Below are positions 37,501-50,628 of a stretch of 64,000 bases of DNA, piece after piece. Origin of the DNA: Paraspadella gotoi. Its lineage: Eukaryota; Animalia; Chaetognatha. The stretch spans positions 9,355,074 through 9,419,073 of the forward strand of contig CM119268.1 of the NCBI GenBank assembly GCA_051294375.1, written 5' to 3'. Position 1 is the first letter of the stretch. Every line of letters starts with the position of its first letter. The translations under genes were made by a program, and so were the position numbers. The notes under the pieces were generated by a model. The model was not told the origin of the DNA, did not search any database, and saw only the letters and a list, made by a program, of their open reading frames with translations.

Positions 37501-39405
37501 AGTATAAATCTTTTTTAAAAATTATGTTATTAAGTAGGTTAGAATTACAAAAAACTATATTTTTAAGCTGGAAATTCAAAATCGGTGTTAAAATATAGTT
37601 TTTTACATTTTTGACTAACTTAATAAAATAATTTTAAAAAAAATTGTACTTTCTTATAATAACTTTTTGCAAGGAATCCAAATCCGATCTTAAAATTTAA
37701 AAATTTGCATTTTGAAATTTTAGCCTATTATATACTTATTATTATATATAAATATAGCTCACTGGTGCCCACTAATGTATAAAATTAAAAAATAAATTTA
37801 CCAAAATATTTTTATTGGTTTTTATGTTCATGTTTTATATGCTAATTTTAATTTTCTAAAATTTTATCTTTTTCACATCACTCTAGTGAGCACCCCATGT
37901 CACTGGCGTGTTAATGCAGACACCATCACACTTTAACCAGCGTGACCGTGAGGGGATTGAACCCGGAACTCACGCTTGGTGAACGAGTACTTAGTTGTCC
38001 AAGCTAATGGGACTAGCGGAGTTTCACCAAGCTATACGGGAGACTAATTTAGGATTCGCCACAACCACCGGTTTTTCTCAGGTTTTTGTCGACGTGGTCA
38101 ACTTTGGCGAAGACACGACAAACATGGAGAAGTTGAACGTTTTTATTACGACTCTCAACGGCAAGGACGGTCAGCAAAGCCACCTGGTCACCGTTCCACC
38201 CGGACCCATCCTCAGCGACGCCCTAGTTTCGTCTCCCATTATTCAAGGTAACAATACTAATCTCCTACCGAGGCTTTGATCCGGTTGTTCAGACAAACCC
38301 ATTTTCCAGGCGAAGAAGGAGCTGGTGCCATCGGCGGTGCCACCCACGATTTCGATTTCGGCGTCGACGCGGAGGCGGATCCTGAGTTGGCGCTTGCCCT
38401 GCGCGTCTCCATGGAGGAACAGCGCCATCGGCAGGAGGAGGAGGCTCGACGCGCAGCGACGACGGCCAAAGCTCGAGAACCGACCGTCGCCGAAGTCAAC
38501 GAGGATGACGACGAGGCTCAACTCGCTGCCGCCCTCGCCATGTCCACGAGTAAGGAATGGAACGCGCGCGTTTAGTCGTTTAACATTCCTTTTAAGATCA
38601 TTCCTTCTTTCTCCGTATCAGATTCTTCACGCCCCGTTCCGTCAGTGCCCGATTTCTCCTCCATGACGGAGGAAGAGCAGATCGCCTTCGCCATGCAGAT
38701 GTCGCTCCAGCCGGACGAGCCGCAGCCGCCGCCCGCGCCCAAGAAGAGTAAAAAAGTCCTTCCTGGGACGGAAGAAGAAGAGAAGGAAGAGGAAGAAGGG
38801 TCGAAGAATAGGAACGAGATTGCCAAGAGCGAGGACAGAAAGCGGCCTCGCGAATCCGAGGGCGGCAACGAGGGGGGATCCAATCCAACCACCCCTGGTA
38901 GGAAGGGAAATGAAGAGAAAAAACCCCGTGTTGCGCCAGGTACAGTAGAATCTCTCGCTACGTTATTTTTTTCTTCCTAAATTACAATTAGTTTAATTTC
39001 TCGCTCTAAGAAACTCTTTTCATTATTAACTTTTTAAGTCATAACAATTTTTAAACGTTATTTTTTTTTTGTTTTTTTTTGTTGAAATATAAGTAAATAG
39101 TACACTTTCAGACTTTGGTTTCTTAGCGCGAGATTCTTCTGTAGTGTGTGTCAATTTGAATAAAATCTGCCGTTCCGTATTTTAGTAACTACAGTAGTAT
39201 TACAATTTTATCCCCTCTTGCCTTTTCAGACGATGAAGACGACTATTCTGAGGTAATGAACGATCCAGCCTTTCTTCAAAGCGTTCTTCAAAATCTTCCG
39301 GGTGTCGACCCCAATTCGGACGCCATAAAAAACGCCGTAAGCTCTATCACCGGCAACGAAAAAGACGGAGCAAAAAAAACCAAAAAGGAAGAAGACAAAA
39401 AATGA
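34595..39405 (+). CDS. PSMD4: 26S proteasome ubiquitin receptor Rpn10/PSMD4, 7 exons
   Basis: [21 protein letters not shown], vWA motif [23 protein letters not shown], UIMs [14 protein letters not shown] and [13 protein letters not shown], and a tail [17 protein letters not shown]. Confidence 0.96.
35041..36191 (-). CDS. Short RhoGAP (ARHGAP12/15/27-like GAP domain), nested antisense in PSMD4 intron 2
   Basis: Spliced product includes [49 protein letters not shown] (arginine finger), [16 protein letters not shown] and [16 protein letters not shown]. Confidence 0.88.
36852..37258. mobile_element. Probable solo LTR (407 bp) of an unrelated LTR retrotransposon
   Basis: TG...CA termini (TGATG...CAACA) and a 4-bp TSD GGAC at 36848-36851 and 37259-37262. 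Removing it restores the host LTR sequence. Confidence 0.7.
37276..37885. mobile_element. hAT-type MITE (610 bp)
   Basis: Imperfect TIRs TAGGGTGAAGTGAAA / TTTCACATCACTCTA and an 8-bp TSD GTGAGCAC at 37268-37275 and 37886-37893. Confidence 0.82.
38943..39141. mobile_element. Tc1/pogo-type MITE at the start of the last PSMD4 intron
   Basis: TIRs CAGTAGAATCTCTCGCTA / TAGCGCGAGATTCTTCTG (2 mismatches), flanked by TA on both sides. Confidence 0.72.
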
Positions 39406-39712
39406 CTGACAAGACTGTTTAGGGTTTGTTACTGATATTAGGTTTCAATATATTTTTTTTTATCCCGGCCGTAAACTTGGGTTGGTAAAGTCATTGTTTC
39501 ATATCTTGTAAGACCTCTCAAATCTCACCTGACATTCCTCGATTCTCATGCTAAATTCTCAATCCCATTTCGTTTATTCCTCAAACTTAAATTGCCATAT
39601 TGCCTCGAAATACACATGACCTACTTTTCATTTTTCAGACATTCCAGATAATTTTAATCCCGCCAAATGTTGGCATTCGGATTCTGAATTTTTTTTAGTG
39701 AGCGAAGCGACG

Positions 39713-40535
39713 ATGGACGAAAGTGTTCAATCGATGGAGGAAGAAATAGAGGAGGAATTGACATCCGCGGAAGTCGTTGAAAAGTTGGAAGAGGCGTGGC
39801 GGAATGAACAGTTCGCGCCCGACCTGTTGGAAGCAAAAACGGAAATCATCGATTGTACTATGGAACAAGTGAGGAATAAAGAACATTTTCGTATGGTCAA
39901 CGAATAACGAGATGGCGCGAAAAACAACCTTTAAGGTCAGAAATATTAATCAAACTCTCGCACTCGCAGTTGTCGGCGATGGAAGCGAACTTAGCCCGCG
40001 CCAAAGAGGGCGACATTCGGGTGGCGATCCATCGTCTCGAACTCGATCGAATTCGCTTCGTCCTCGCTGATTATCTTCGTTGTCGTCTAAAGAAGATCGA
40101 GGCTCACGCTGAGTACATCATCGCCACGGAATCGCAGAAGAGCGACGACGATCCGCCTCATCTGTCCGTCGAGGAGTTCGAATTCGCTCGTTCCTATCTG
40201 TCCGATCTCAAGGCGATTATCTTTCCAAGCCGAGTCTCGCTATTTCCTCGTTCTCTTGGTATCATTGTTACTCTCCGTTCCAATTCCAGGCGCATCTCGG
40301 TGAAACCGTTCTGGAACACTGTCCGAAGAACATGCAAAGTCTCAAGTGGCGATCGGTGATGCATCGGCCCGCCCTCGATAACCACGTCTTCTTTCGCGTC
40401 AATGAGGATGTAGACGACGTTGTTCTTGACGATCAAGACGACATCGTGGAGGACATGAAGGTCGGGAGTCAGTATATCGCCAGATACAAACTCGTCGCTG
40501 GCCTCGTGGCCGAGAAAAAAGTCACTCTCATATGA
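39713..40535 (+). CDS. GINS4: GINS complex subunit 4 (Sld5), 3 exons
   Basis: LEEAWRNEQFAPDLL, HRLELDRIRFVLADYLRCRLKKIE and a C-terminal GSQYIARYKLVAGLV...VTLI. Confidence 0.93.
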
Positions 40536-40591
40536 ATTTGACTTTCAGCCGTTTCTTCCAGCGCCTATTTTGTGGTTATTTGATTTGATTC

Positions 40592-41046
40592 TTAGTCGGA
40601 TCAGCAGCTTATTAGCAGATCCCGACTCTATAATCCACTTTGTCGGTCCGTCCCCTCAATCTTGTCGGGTATTCACTTTTGTCATGTCAGAACATCGAAT
40701 TATGATAAATTATGCAAAAAAAAATGTCTGTCTGTCTGTTCATCCGTCCCATCTTAGCAAAAAACTCTAATTACTCGTGATGAGATGGATGGATTGGAAT
40801 GAAATTTTGTGTGGGTAGGGAAGTGTGTGATTGAACTGGATATGAAGTTTCGATGAATCGGTTCGAGTGAAAATAAGCTTAAATAGATTTTTTCTTTTTC
40901 CATAGAACGTCGCTATCATCGTCGTTACTTTTGTCATGGTCAGTGACCAAAAGACTAAAAACAAATATTTAATTAATTGCCTAATTAATTAATTAATTAA
41001 CGCTAACGATCGTGGGCAGATCCGACATTGTTTGCTCAAACTTGTC
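40592..41046 (+). mobile_element. Non-autonomous Helentron-like (DINE-1/HINE architecture) element
   Basis: 5' subterminal repeat GTCGGATC.GC with a nearby inverted copy GCAGATCCCGAC, a GTCT/GTCC microsatellite near 40726, a 3' subterminal repeat GCAGATCCGAC (41016-41026) and a terminal hairpin, in T-rich flanks. A second copy starts near 63549. Confidence 0.72.
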
Positions 41047-41304
41047 TCTTTTTATATATTTCCTTGTTATTGTTTGAAAAATAATTGTGTTTTCTTTTTT
41101 TTACAGAGTTTTAAAATTAAGATGCTGACTTAAAACTTTTTAAACTATTGGAGCTACGTATAATAAAAAAAATAAGTGTCCTTTTAGTCGTGAATTTGGA
41201 AATGCTTTAGGGCGGCGGACCTAAATGCAGTCCAAATCGCGGATGAGCGGCGACCCTTTCACCGCCTTCTTGATTTATTCCCGAACACCGCTTCAAATTC
41301 GCTC

Positions 41305-44300
41305 ATGAGTCAGGAGAGCTTCCGCGTGAATTGGGTGACAGGCGGCAAGGGCTGCAGCGGCGGGGTGCATTTTGTCGACGATTACACCGTCGCTTATGCC
41401 CTTGGCAATTTCGTCAAATTCAAGAGCGTCTTTTCTGGAAAGGAATCGATCGCTGCTGGCGTAGAGGTATTAAATGGTAGTGGCAGTGCCATCCCCTGCC
41501 GGGTTAGTCTCATCTCTCGCCAGTGATGTGCAAGAATCCTCATTCGAAGTGGTTTTCATCCAGATATTGAATTGATCTCTGCAAACAAAGTGGGCTTTGA
41601 TTTTTTTACTTTACCCGTTTGAAAAAGTTGACCATGATTTTTAGGATGCTCGAGGTGTGGGCGCCATGGCTGCGCACCCCAGCGGGGGCGTCTTCGCCTA
41701 TTCTAACGTGGCACCAGCACCTACTATACACGTGCTGGAGTATCCATCATGCGAAAAAGTGGCTTCGCTCAAAGGAGGAGCAAAGCTGGAATTTTACAAA
41801 CTTGCTTTTTCTTACTCGTATGTTTATTTCTTTATAAAATTAATAAAAGTACAACCAATATAAAAAATTATTAATTCATTCATTCAATAAATAGGCTATC
41901 TTGCCCCTGGCTTTGGGCAGGTTTTGGTGCTTTAAGTCCTCCATCACTCTTACAAGATAATGACGCCTCGACGATTTTTTTTTTCAGCCACCATTTGGCC
42001 AGTCTCTCCACGCAACCAGATTGCACTCTCACTATTTGGCAATTCAAGGAGGGTGTCAAACTGTGCCTCATCGATCTCGGCTTGAAACCCGGTTGGTCCA
42101 TTTTGCACAACTTGCCCTCTAACTTCGTTTACTGTATGATTATTGAATAATATTGTTGGTCCGTTTTTTCGAAGGAGCAAATCACGGATCTCCATCTTTA
42201 TCTTTCTCTCCTCTCAACTGGAGAGATATATGCGTCACTTTCGAATCGGGAATTCATCTTTTCACCGTCGAACAGAGTAACAAAAAGTATCTTCTGCCAG
42301 AGGATAAGGTGACTTTGAGTGTATAGTGTAGAGAAGGAAAGCTTAAGCAGCTCAGATATGAGCGTAATTGCACAGTGCACAGTGCTTATTCGACTTTGGT
42401 ATAAGCCCTCCCTTTTATGAAACTATATCTATAGATTGCTCCATTGGCAATCGACGGCGGTGACCCGGTCGGCGATCGCGCCAAGTCGTTCAGGCAGCAG
42501 ATGGCTGCGTCGCGCGTGAAGACGGCGTCGAGCGTCGACAGCGCCATCACGGTTTCTACGGACGGCTCTGAATCGACGCCCAACGGCGTCCTGTGTATGA
42601 GAAAGTTCGAGCTGCCCGATCATTCAGTCGCCGGTAAGTTGGCAGAATCTTTTTCTTTTTGGTCACATTGGTTTTATCACATATCGTTGCAAAGGGTTGA
42701 CTGGTAATTTGGCGGAAAGATTTGAGTTTCGAGACGCTCTTCCGCTTTGCCGACCCACAAATCACGTTTGGACGGGCAATGGACAAATGTTGATCGGTTG
42801 TCAAACCGGACACCTTATCAGGTCGGATGAATTATAAATTTCTTGCTCGTCTTTCTTGTTCTTTATTCAATTCGCGCTATCCATCTCAAACTATAAATAG
42901 AATTACCAAAGAACCGAGTTCGTCGAAAATGATCTTCGTCCCGAATGCGATTCGTCGTTTCCTAGAGGAGAAGCGGCGCCGGGAAACGCGGCTCGAGGTG
43001 CCAAGATCGAAGAGGCGAGATCCCAGCGCCGCGAGAATGACTAGAGCCGTTTCGGGTTCCAGCGCCGCATCCTCGGGCGTGATGGCAAGTCACGACGAAA
43101 AGTCAGCTATCGCTGAAGGATCCTTTCGCTGCATGACGCTTCACAGGTTCACTTTTTCTATTTTTTTAAATTTCTGATAGTTTTAGAAATATATTGTAAT
43201 TTTGAGGACTATTTGAAGGTTCATGACCATGAAATATCTCGTAATGGTTGAGAGAAGTGCGAAAATATATGAAAAATCGTAGGTATTTCGGGATTTTGAT
43301 TTGATTTGTTATGCTCGTGTAATTTAAACACATTTAAAATCAAGAAATATGATTGTGAGCAGGCTATGTACATACGAAACGTTATGAGGGAGCCTTGGGT
43401 AATTCTTTTTGATTTTTGAACAATTCAGTGCTGGACTTTACGTCGGAGGTGACGACGGTTATTTGCGTCTTTTGCAAATCGAAGAAGACGACTTGACGAT
43501 TGTCGAAAATATCTCATTCGATGACCCTCTCCAATCTCTCTCACTCTCTAAGGATTTTCACAACCTCGTCGTCGGAACCAGCAGGGGTTCCGTCAGCCTC
43601 TACAATCTTAAAGACCAAGTAACTACTATACTAATATTTAATTATTAATTATTTATTTTTATATTGGATAACAGCGTTACTCTGTGACAGAAAATCATGC
43701 CAGTTGCAATATTTCTTTAGGCAACAAAAACCTTGGTGGAAATCCCGGAGGGACTTTATGTGGGAATGGGTCTTCTCGCCAACGGAACCCATCTGGTTGT
43801 AGCGCGCGAGACGGGCGAAGTCCAAGTCCTGGAGGCCTTGACGGGATCTTTGATCGCCTCCGCGCAGTTGGACGCCGTCGTTGCGGCTCTCGTCTGCTCT
43901 CCTTCTTTGCCCATCGCTGCCGCCGCTTCGGAGGACGGAGTCCTTTTGGTCCTCGACATTTCAAACGTTGAGGTGAAGGAGTTATAGGGGAAGACGCGGA
44001 GGGAGAGGTTTTCAAATTTTAATTTAGTTGTGAAAACTGCTGCAACTACAATTTTCAGTCCCCTCGTGTCGTGCGCCGCATTAAACTTCACGTTGGCGGC
44101 TTCAAAGTCGCTTTTGACGATCGTGGAGTCGTCATTGTGACGGGAGGCGCAGACGGCAGCGTCTACGTACTTGGCGGCGCGCCATCTTCCGGTTTCGACG
44201 TTTTAGCGTGGACGGCCGAGGTGACGGATGCCTTCGAGTACCTGGTCGCGCGGTTTAATCCCGACAACCAGAGAATCAAAGTGGCGGGCATGTTGAACAC

Positions 44301-47300
44301 GGATCCAAGCTTGGGAAAGAAATGTCGAAGGATTTTCACGATGGAGTTTCCATGTAAGAGGGGACTAAGGGAGGTGTTTTCGTCCTACTGATATTCGTTT
44401 TTCCAGGTGAAACTTCGATATTATTTTAAGCGATTCCTTCCCAACTTTCAGCGTCACTCGCCAGAGACCCGACTCCTTTTCTCCAGTCGTCGGCCCGGGA
44501 CTTTAAGGAGAAAGTGATCAACAAGATGATCCTCGATTTGCAGCTTCCCACCGACGGGCTAGTCCTGTTGAACGCGTCGACTGCTTTCACCTCGGTCGAC
44601 GGCCGATTGATCAGATTCAGGTGAAGTTTCTTCTTTTTGACCTTTGGAAAAAATTACTGACTGTTTTTGACAAATCTGCTGTTCCGCCAGATTGCCTATG
44701 ACCGCACCTGTACGTACTTCAAAACAAGGGCGCTTCGTCATCTCCCTAGACGAGAAGTTCGCAGGTCACGCCGCCAAGGCGGCCTCACGCGTAGCTACGT
44801 CTTTGGATGTCAACTGGATTTTTACCTATGGAGACGATGGCTGGTAGGTTTACTGATTTACGAATCATTTCTTTAACGATTACCGTTTTCCTAAATTTAA
44901 AATTATGTTTTAACAATTTCAGCGTCACTTTACGAGCCAGCGATAAGTTGGGACGCGGCGTCGTCTCTTTCCTTTTTCCTCACGATTTCCGGGAGCTTGA
45001 GGGAGAATCTGCCCGCGGTGTGGTTTCACTCGCCGTCTCTCGCGACGTTCACTACATCTACACTTGCGGCGCCGACGGTGCCATCGCCGCCTTTAAGCGA
45101 AAGTCGAGGGGGAATCGCGTCTCGCAGCCGCCGATCCGGGTGGACCCCAACGAGGTCGAAGGTGAGAGAAATATTGTCACCGATTTTTCTTTCTAGTTTT
45201 TGTTACCCTCAGAGTTAAAACTTCAATTCAATAATGTCAAAGTACCAAGCTCAATATTTCTCATTCGTTAACTCAGCGTTAAAAGCTTTGCCGGAGCGCC
45301 ACCCGGATTTCAGCGACTCTGGCTTCGACGCGACGGCTACAGACGCATCTTTAGAATCCCTCGATTCCAACACTGCCGCTACTACTGTGACCGATGTTGG
45401 CGATGTCACTATTTCAGAAAATACAACGGCCTTGGTAGCCACCACTACCGACGGTAAGAACATTAATGAGTTGTTTTCCAGAGAAGATGCGGGATTATCT
45501 GTCGTATAATACATTTATAATCCAGATGGCGGGGATGATTCTTTGCCCGTCTCCCCGGAGTTAGATCCTTCAAAAACAACTTGGATTCTTTTTCAAAAGG
45601 TAAGCAAGGGAGTAAAAATCTGTCAATTCCGCGGGCTTATAATTTTTTCGTCTGACCTTTATCAACTTTTTTTTCAGGCGTCGGTGGTTCGCCAAGAAGA
45701 CAAGGAATACTCCACCCTCAAGAAGGAACTGCGGAAGGAGATTCGCGAAATTCGACGAAGGCTCGAGATCCATATGGAACAGAATCAACAAATGGGAACG
45801 TTGGAGAGATTAGGTGAGAAGGATGATCAATCTTTGATGTCAGGTGATTGTTGCTTTTTAATTTCTATAATTATGAAAAAGTTAAAATGTTATCTTATAT
45901 TTTTAGGACGTGAAGAGTTTGAACTGGATATGGATGAAAAGCTTCGTCTCGAAACGGAAGCGGCAAGGCGAATCAGGGATATTCGCGCAGACATCGAATA
46001 CAACAATCTCGCCAAAGCCTTCAAGCGGGAGATCATCAAAGCCGAGTGTTGGGACGCTATGACAGTAAAGGGACGCACGATCAAGGTAATCTTTTGAGAA
46101 TGTTACAGGAAATTGATAGTTCCGTTGTTATATTTAATCGATCTATTATGAAAAAAAGTTTTATTCAATTGTGTGTGTCTCTTGTTAATTGTATGTTTAG
46201 TAATATCACTTTATAATTATAAACCTTATCTCACAGGCTTTTAAAAGTTCATTAGAAGTGCACAATTTTGCCATGCGCGCTCTCTTACCGGAGGAGCTAG
46301 GAGAGCTGCAGATGGCGCAATGGGCTCGTCGAGTAGAGATGGGGGAAGAGCAGGTTAGGTGCGCTCTCGTCGTGGAGGACAAGAATGAAGTAGCGGAAGA
46401 AGACGAGGAAGCGGAAAATGAAACGGCGGAAGAGGTTGGGATTCTCCGGACTCGGTTTCTTTCTATTTGTATGAACACTATTCATAAAAGTTAAATTAAA
46501 AATTTCAAACTCACCAGTCGCAACCTCAACCGTCGACGACCGGAAGTTGTGGAGTGGAATTCGGCGGCGATTCGGAATTCTTCTATTCTCAATTTCGCCT
46601 CAACGCCCGGGCGAGAAAGATAAATCAAATCGTCCTTCTAAAGGTGGACCCTAGGGCCAAGACCCTTGCGTTGCGAACTGAGATTGTGAGACCTTTGACT
46701 CATTTTAATCGTAGGACGCCATCCGCCGGATCCGCGAGTGCTTCAACGAGGAATTCGATTCCGTCTTCCTCGTAAAGGAGCAGCAGATTCAAAAAATAAA
46801 CGAGAAAAACCGTCGCGTCAGACGAATACTGGAAGACTTGGGGGATCCGGGGAGGCCCGTCTATGAGCCAAAGCTCTCGTCGGAGGAGAAACCCGAAACG
46901 TTGCTAGAGGGTACGTATCGCTAGAGGTGGAGTCTAGAATACTATTTTTGGACGACGAGGAAGTTTTTTTTTTATCCGTCTACCTCGTAACGCAAGCCTT
47001 TTGTTTACGTCTCCGTCCGAAAGGGGTTAAAGTGTAGGTAGTCTAAAGAATCTAAAGAATTTATTAACCCCTAGTTACTGATGACGAAGTTTCGGGCGAA
47101 AAGTACATCAGCGACGAACAACGGGCGCAGATGGAAGAGCAGGCAAGAAGACGAGCTCAGTCGAATTCTTGACTTCTCACATGTCAGCTTTCACCCGCGT
47201 AACGATTCATTCGTTTTTATAAATGGCCAGGCTCTTATCGAGGAAAAGCGCCGCCGATCGGAAAAGGGCGACAACGTTCGGGAGCGCGCGCTCGACCAGA

Positions 47301-49745
47301 TGATGGGCGGAGTGTTGGAGGTGAAAAAGGAAGACGAGTTACGGAAGGACATCCCTGTCCCGCTATTCATGCATGGTTCTCTTGCAAAACCGGAAGAGGA
47401 GTGGACCGAGGAGGAAATCCGAGCTGCGAAGGAGTATGAGAGAAAGTGAGTTGATATGACTGGAGAAGTATCAGTTAGTTCTTCTCTTCTCTTTATAACA
47501 TTTTTCTAACATACACGCCGTTCAGGTGCAAGGAACTCGCCGAAGAACGGGAAAAGTACCGAAAGCAACTTGAGACAGAACTGAAAAAGATCGAAGGCTC
47601 GGTGGCCGAGAGCGTGCGCCAGTTCGACGAGCTGCTTACCCGCCTTTTCTTGCGCAAGGTCAAAACGGAAACTGTCATTTGTCAGGAGGAGCTTAAGATC
47701 TTGCGAATGCAGCGCCAGTTGACCAAAGAGGATGAATTCGATGCGCGCGAAGCCGAGTTGATGCTCATGAAAGAAGAGCTCAAGGCAAAGAAGTTGCTGG
47801 CGACTGCCAAAGCCACCGAAGCAAGGAGAGCGGGTCCGTTTTTCTCTTGTTATTATGTTCAAAGCTTTGATAGGATTATTTCAATGTTATCTTCGGTTTC
47901 AGTCGAAGCCTTCCGCGATCAGTACGATATCCTAGTCGCCGAGGACAAGGTTATGGACAAGTCGTTTCGTCGAGAATTCGCCGACATACCTTCGTCCCTC
48001 GTGGACCAGTTGAATAAATTGTTCCGAAGGCGCCCGCGTGGAAAAGGGGTAACTACTTTGCCAATGTTTATAGGGTGAACTTTTTTTTCACGTCTCCCCA
48101 CTTCCCATTTTTCCGGCGCATAGATCGGCTTTGGTGCAGGATCTCCCGAATTCGAGGAAGAGACTTTGCGGTCTTCAGAAGCGAATCCTTACAAGCGGCG
48201 ACCCACAACAGCTGAAACAAATCTTCGTTGTCGCCAAGCGCTGGAAGTCGCCTTGAAAGAGATGGACGAGGCCCAATACGCCCCAGAAGGTGAACCTTCA
48301 TAGAAAGAACTTTTTTAGGATCAATTTGTATCACCTTTGTTTCTTGTGCAGCTTGCGTTCCTGACGTTTGGGCGAGGTTGTGCCAGGTTCGTCGCTCGAA
48401 AATTATGTCCGAGCAGCAGATGAAAGCGAAGGCGATGACGCTGGCAGATATGACCGCCTTCGCTACGCGGCGGTACGAAGAGGACGAGGCCATAAAAAAT
48501 GAAATCGAGGATATCAGCGCCGGCATCACCAGGTTCTAATAGCGAAATTATAATTTCATTAGTTTAGACAGACGTTTGGAAACCGGTTATTAATGACTTT
48601 AAAAACGAGGAGGGGCGGGGGTGGAGGGATTAATCCCTGATTTTGGTGGCGCTCTCTCCCTCTCTTTTTTGTTTGCTCTAACTTTTAACATGATCATTTA
48701 GCCCTGAAGAAGATCTGTCCAATGGATCGAAATATTGGTCATAAAACAAATTTTACCTGTACTCCCATGTGTAATCTTTAATTAATTCATATCAATTCTT
48801 TTTTTTTTTTTACAACAGAGTGGCGGAACACAAGGCAAATTTTTTGCAAAACCTCCAAGTTCAATTGATTGTCAAGCAGGGCCAGGTGGAATTGAATCTC
48901 TTGGTGCCGATATACGACTTCTCCGGCGCCATACTCGTTCATCGCGGAGTCGTGGAAGATCTTAACTCCGCCATCCGCCAACTTGGCCAACAAAAGATCG
49001 AATCAATGCTTGAAAGTCAAGAATTCCGCAAGGGCATCGTTCAGCTAGAGTGGGCGCGCCGCAAAGCCCAGATGAAGATGGACGATTTGCACAGCATGGC
49101 CAGAGACATTCAGGTTAGATTTTGCTGACTTTTGCCCAATAACGTTTGCGCTTGATTATAACGTAGATCACTTGTTTCAATTTCAGATGCTTAAAGTCAC
49201 GCGGGATATTCAAGCCTTTTTGGCATCGGAGAACTACGAAAGCAAAAAAGTGCAGGAGGTGACAATGATGGAGAATACGATGGTCATGCAAGACAAAAGG
49301 CACAGGAAAAACTTTAAAGAGAAACAGAAGCGTTTGATGGAAATGCAGGGCCAGATTGAAAGTAAGTACAGTGCCGGTGTCATTTTAAAGATGATTAATA
49401 TTTTTTCAGACGCAGTGAAATTATTAAATTTGCTTTTAAACTCGGTGACAGATGTTTAAATCATGATTCTACTCAACAGCGCGAACCCGAGAAAACGATT
49501 CATTAATCCGGAATTTGGATCGCCTCAACGTCGTCGTCAGTGAGCGGCGACATGTAGTCGAGGAGCGCTCCGTAAGAAAGGAGGGTCGCGTCAGCGGAGC
49601 GGAGCTGCGCATGAAGGACATCGTCCACCGGCGTCGATTGGTCGAAATGGCTAAAGCTCAGGCGCAGGAAGTGGCTCTGCTGAGAGCTGAAGTCGAGAGG
49701 TTGCGAATGAGAACCTTTCCGGCTCTTGTTCAAGTGCAACAATGA
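41305..49745 (+). CDS. CFAP43: Cilia- and flagella-associated protein 43 (WD40 plus coiled coil), many exons
   Basis: N-terminal WD repeats, [36 protein letters not shown] and a C-terminal [24 protein letters not shown]. Some internal exon borders are uncertain. Confidence 0.9.
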
Positions 49746-50628
49746 AAATTAAAATACCAAAGAGGAAAAATCAAGCAATTTCAATCATGAAGAAAAAAAA
49801 AAGATTCAAGTATCTATTACACCGGAACGATGAAATCACCAACCGATAACGTCTTTACCAAATTAAGCTGGATTAATTAACAACCACGCTTTTTTTTCAC
49901 AATCTCAAAAAATAGTCAATGGACCAATGGTGCTAAAGTTTTATATGTTTACAATTTTCCTCCTTATTAAAAAAACCCTTAGATTGAGTGGCTAACGACG
50001 AGAATATTTTTTTATTCCTTTTGGGAAAGCTTTTTTTTACAATTTACGAAAAGAAGCCAATTTACCAAAGTAATTGTTATGTGACTTAACAGAATAACCA
50101 GAAAATTAATTTCCTGTCAACTTACTCTGTGATCTCTTCCACTGCTTTTTTTATTGTTGAACTTATACAAGAACTCACTTTACTTTACTATCTACCAATC
50201 TAATTCAAAGCAATAATATTTCAGTAACGGGTCACACTTTACCAAATTTACTCTCAAATTGCTTTGCTCACTTTTTAAAACGTACAGATCGACTTGGACT
50301 TAGTAGTTTATATCGTTAAATTTAGTTTATAAAATTAGTTGAGAAATTTTTCGGGATCATTTGACCTTTCAAAAATTTTGAAACGTAAAAATCTCATTTG
50401 TCAATCTGTATGTTTACCTTTTTCATTTTACGCTTCACTAACAGTGCCTCTTATATTTTCAAGCAACTTACGCCGTCCGTATTTTTCATGCATTTTTGAT
50501 TCACACGTTTTACATGTGTCTTTTACTCTTCACTTCCAGTTAATTCGGAACAAATTCCAGCGAATTATTCAAAAAATGTTTATGTATGACTTTTAAATCT
50601 ACATAAAAACATAAAACTCTTCGAGATC

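Larger units (their letters stand above)
36759..38063 (-). mobile_element. Solo LTR of the same TRIM family, interrupted by two nested insertions
   Basis: Ends TATGGCAACGGG (36777, preceded by two TATGGGCAT units) and GCCACA (38063). B-box GGGGATTGAACCCGG near 37952. TSD ACCA at 36755-36758 and 38064-38067. Confidence 0.8.
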
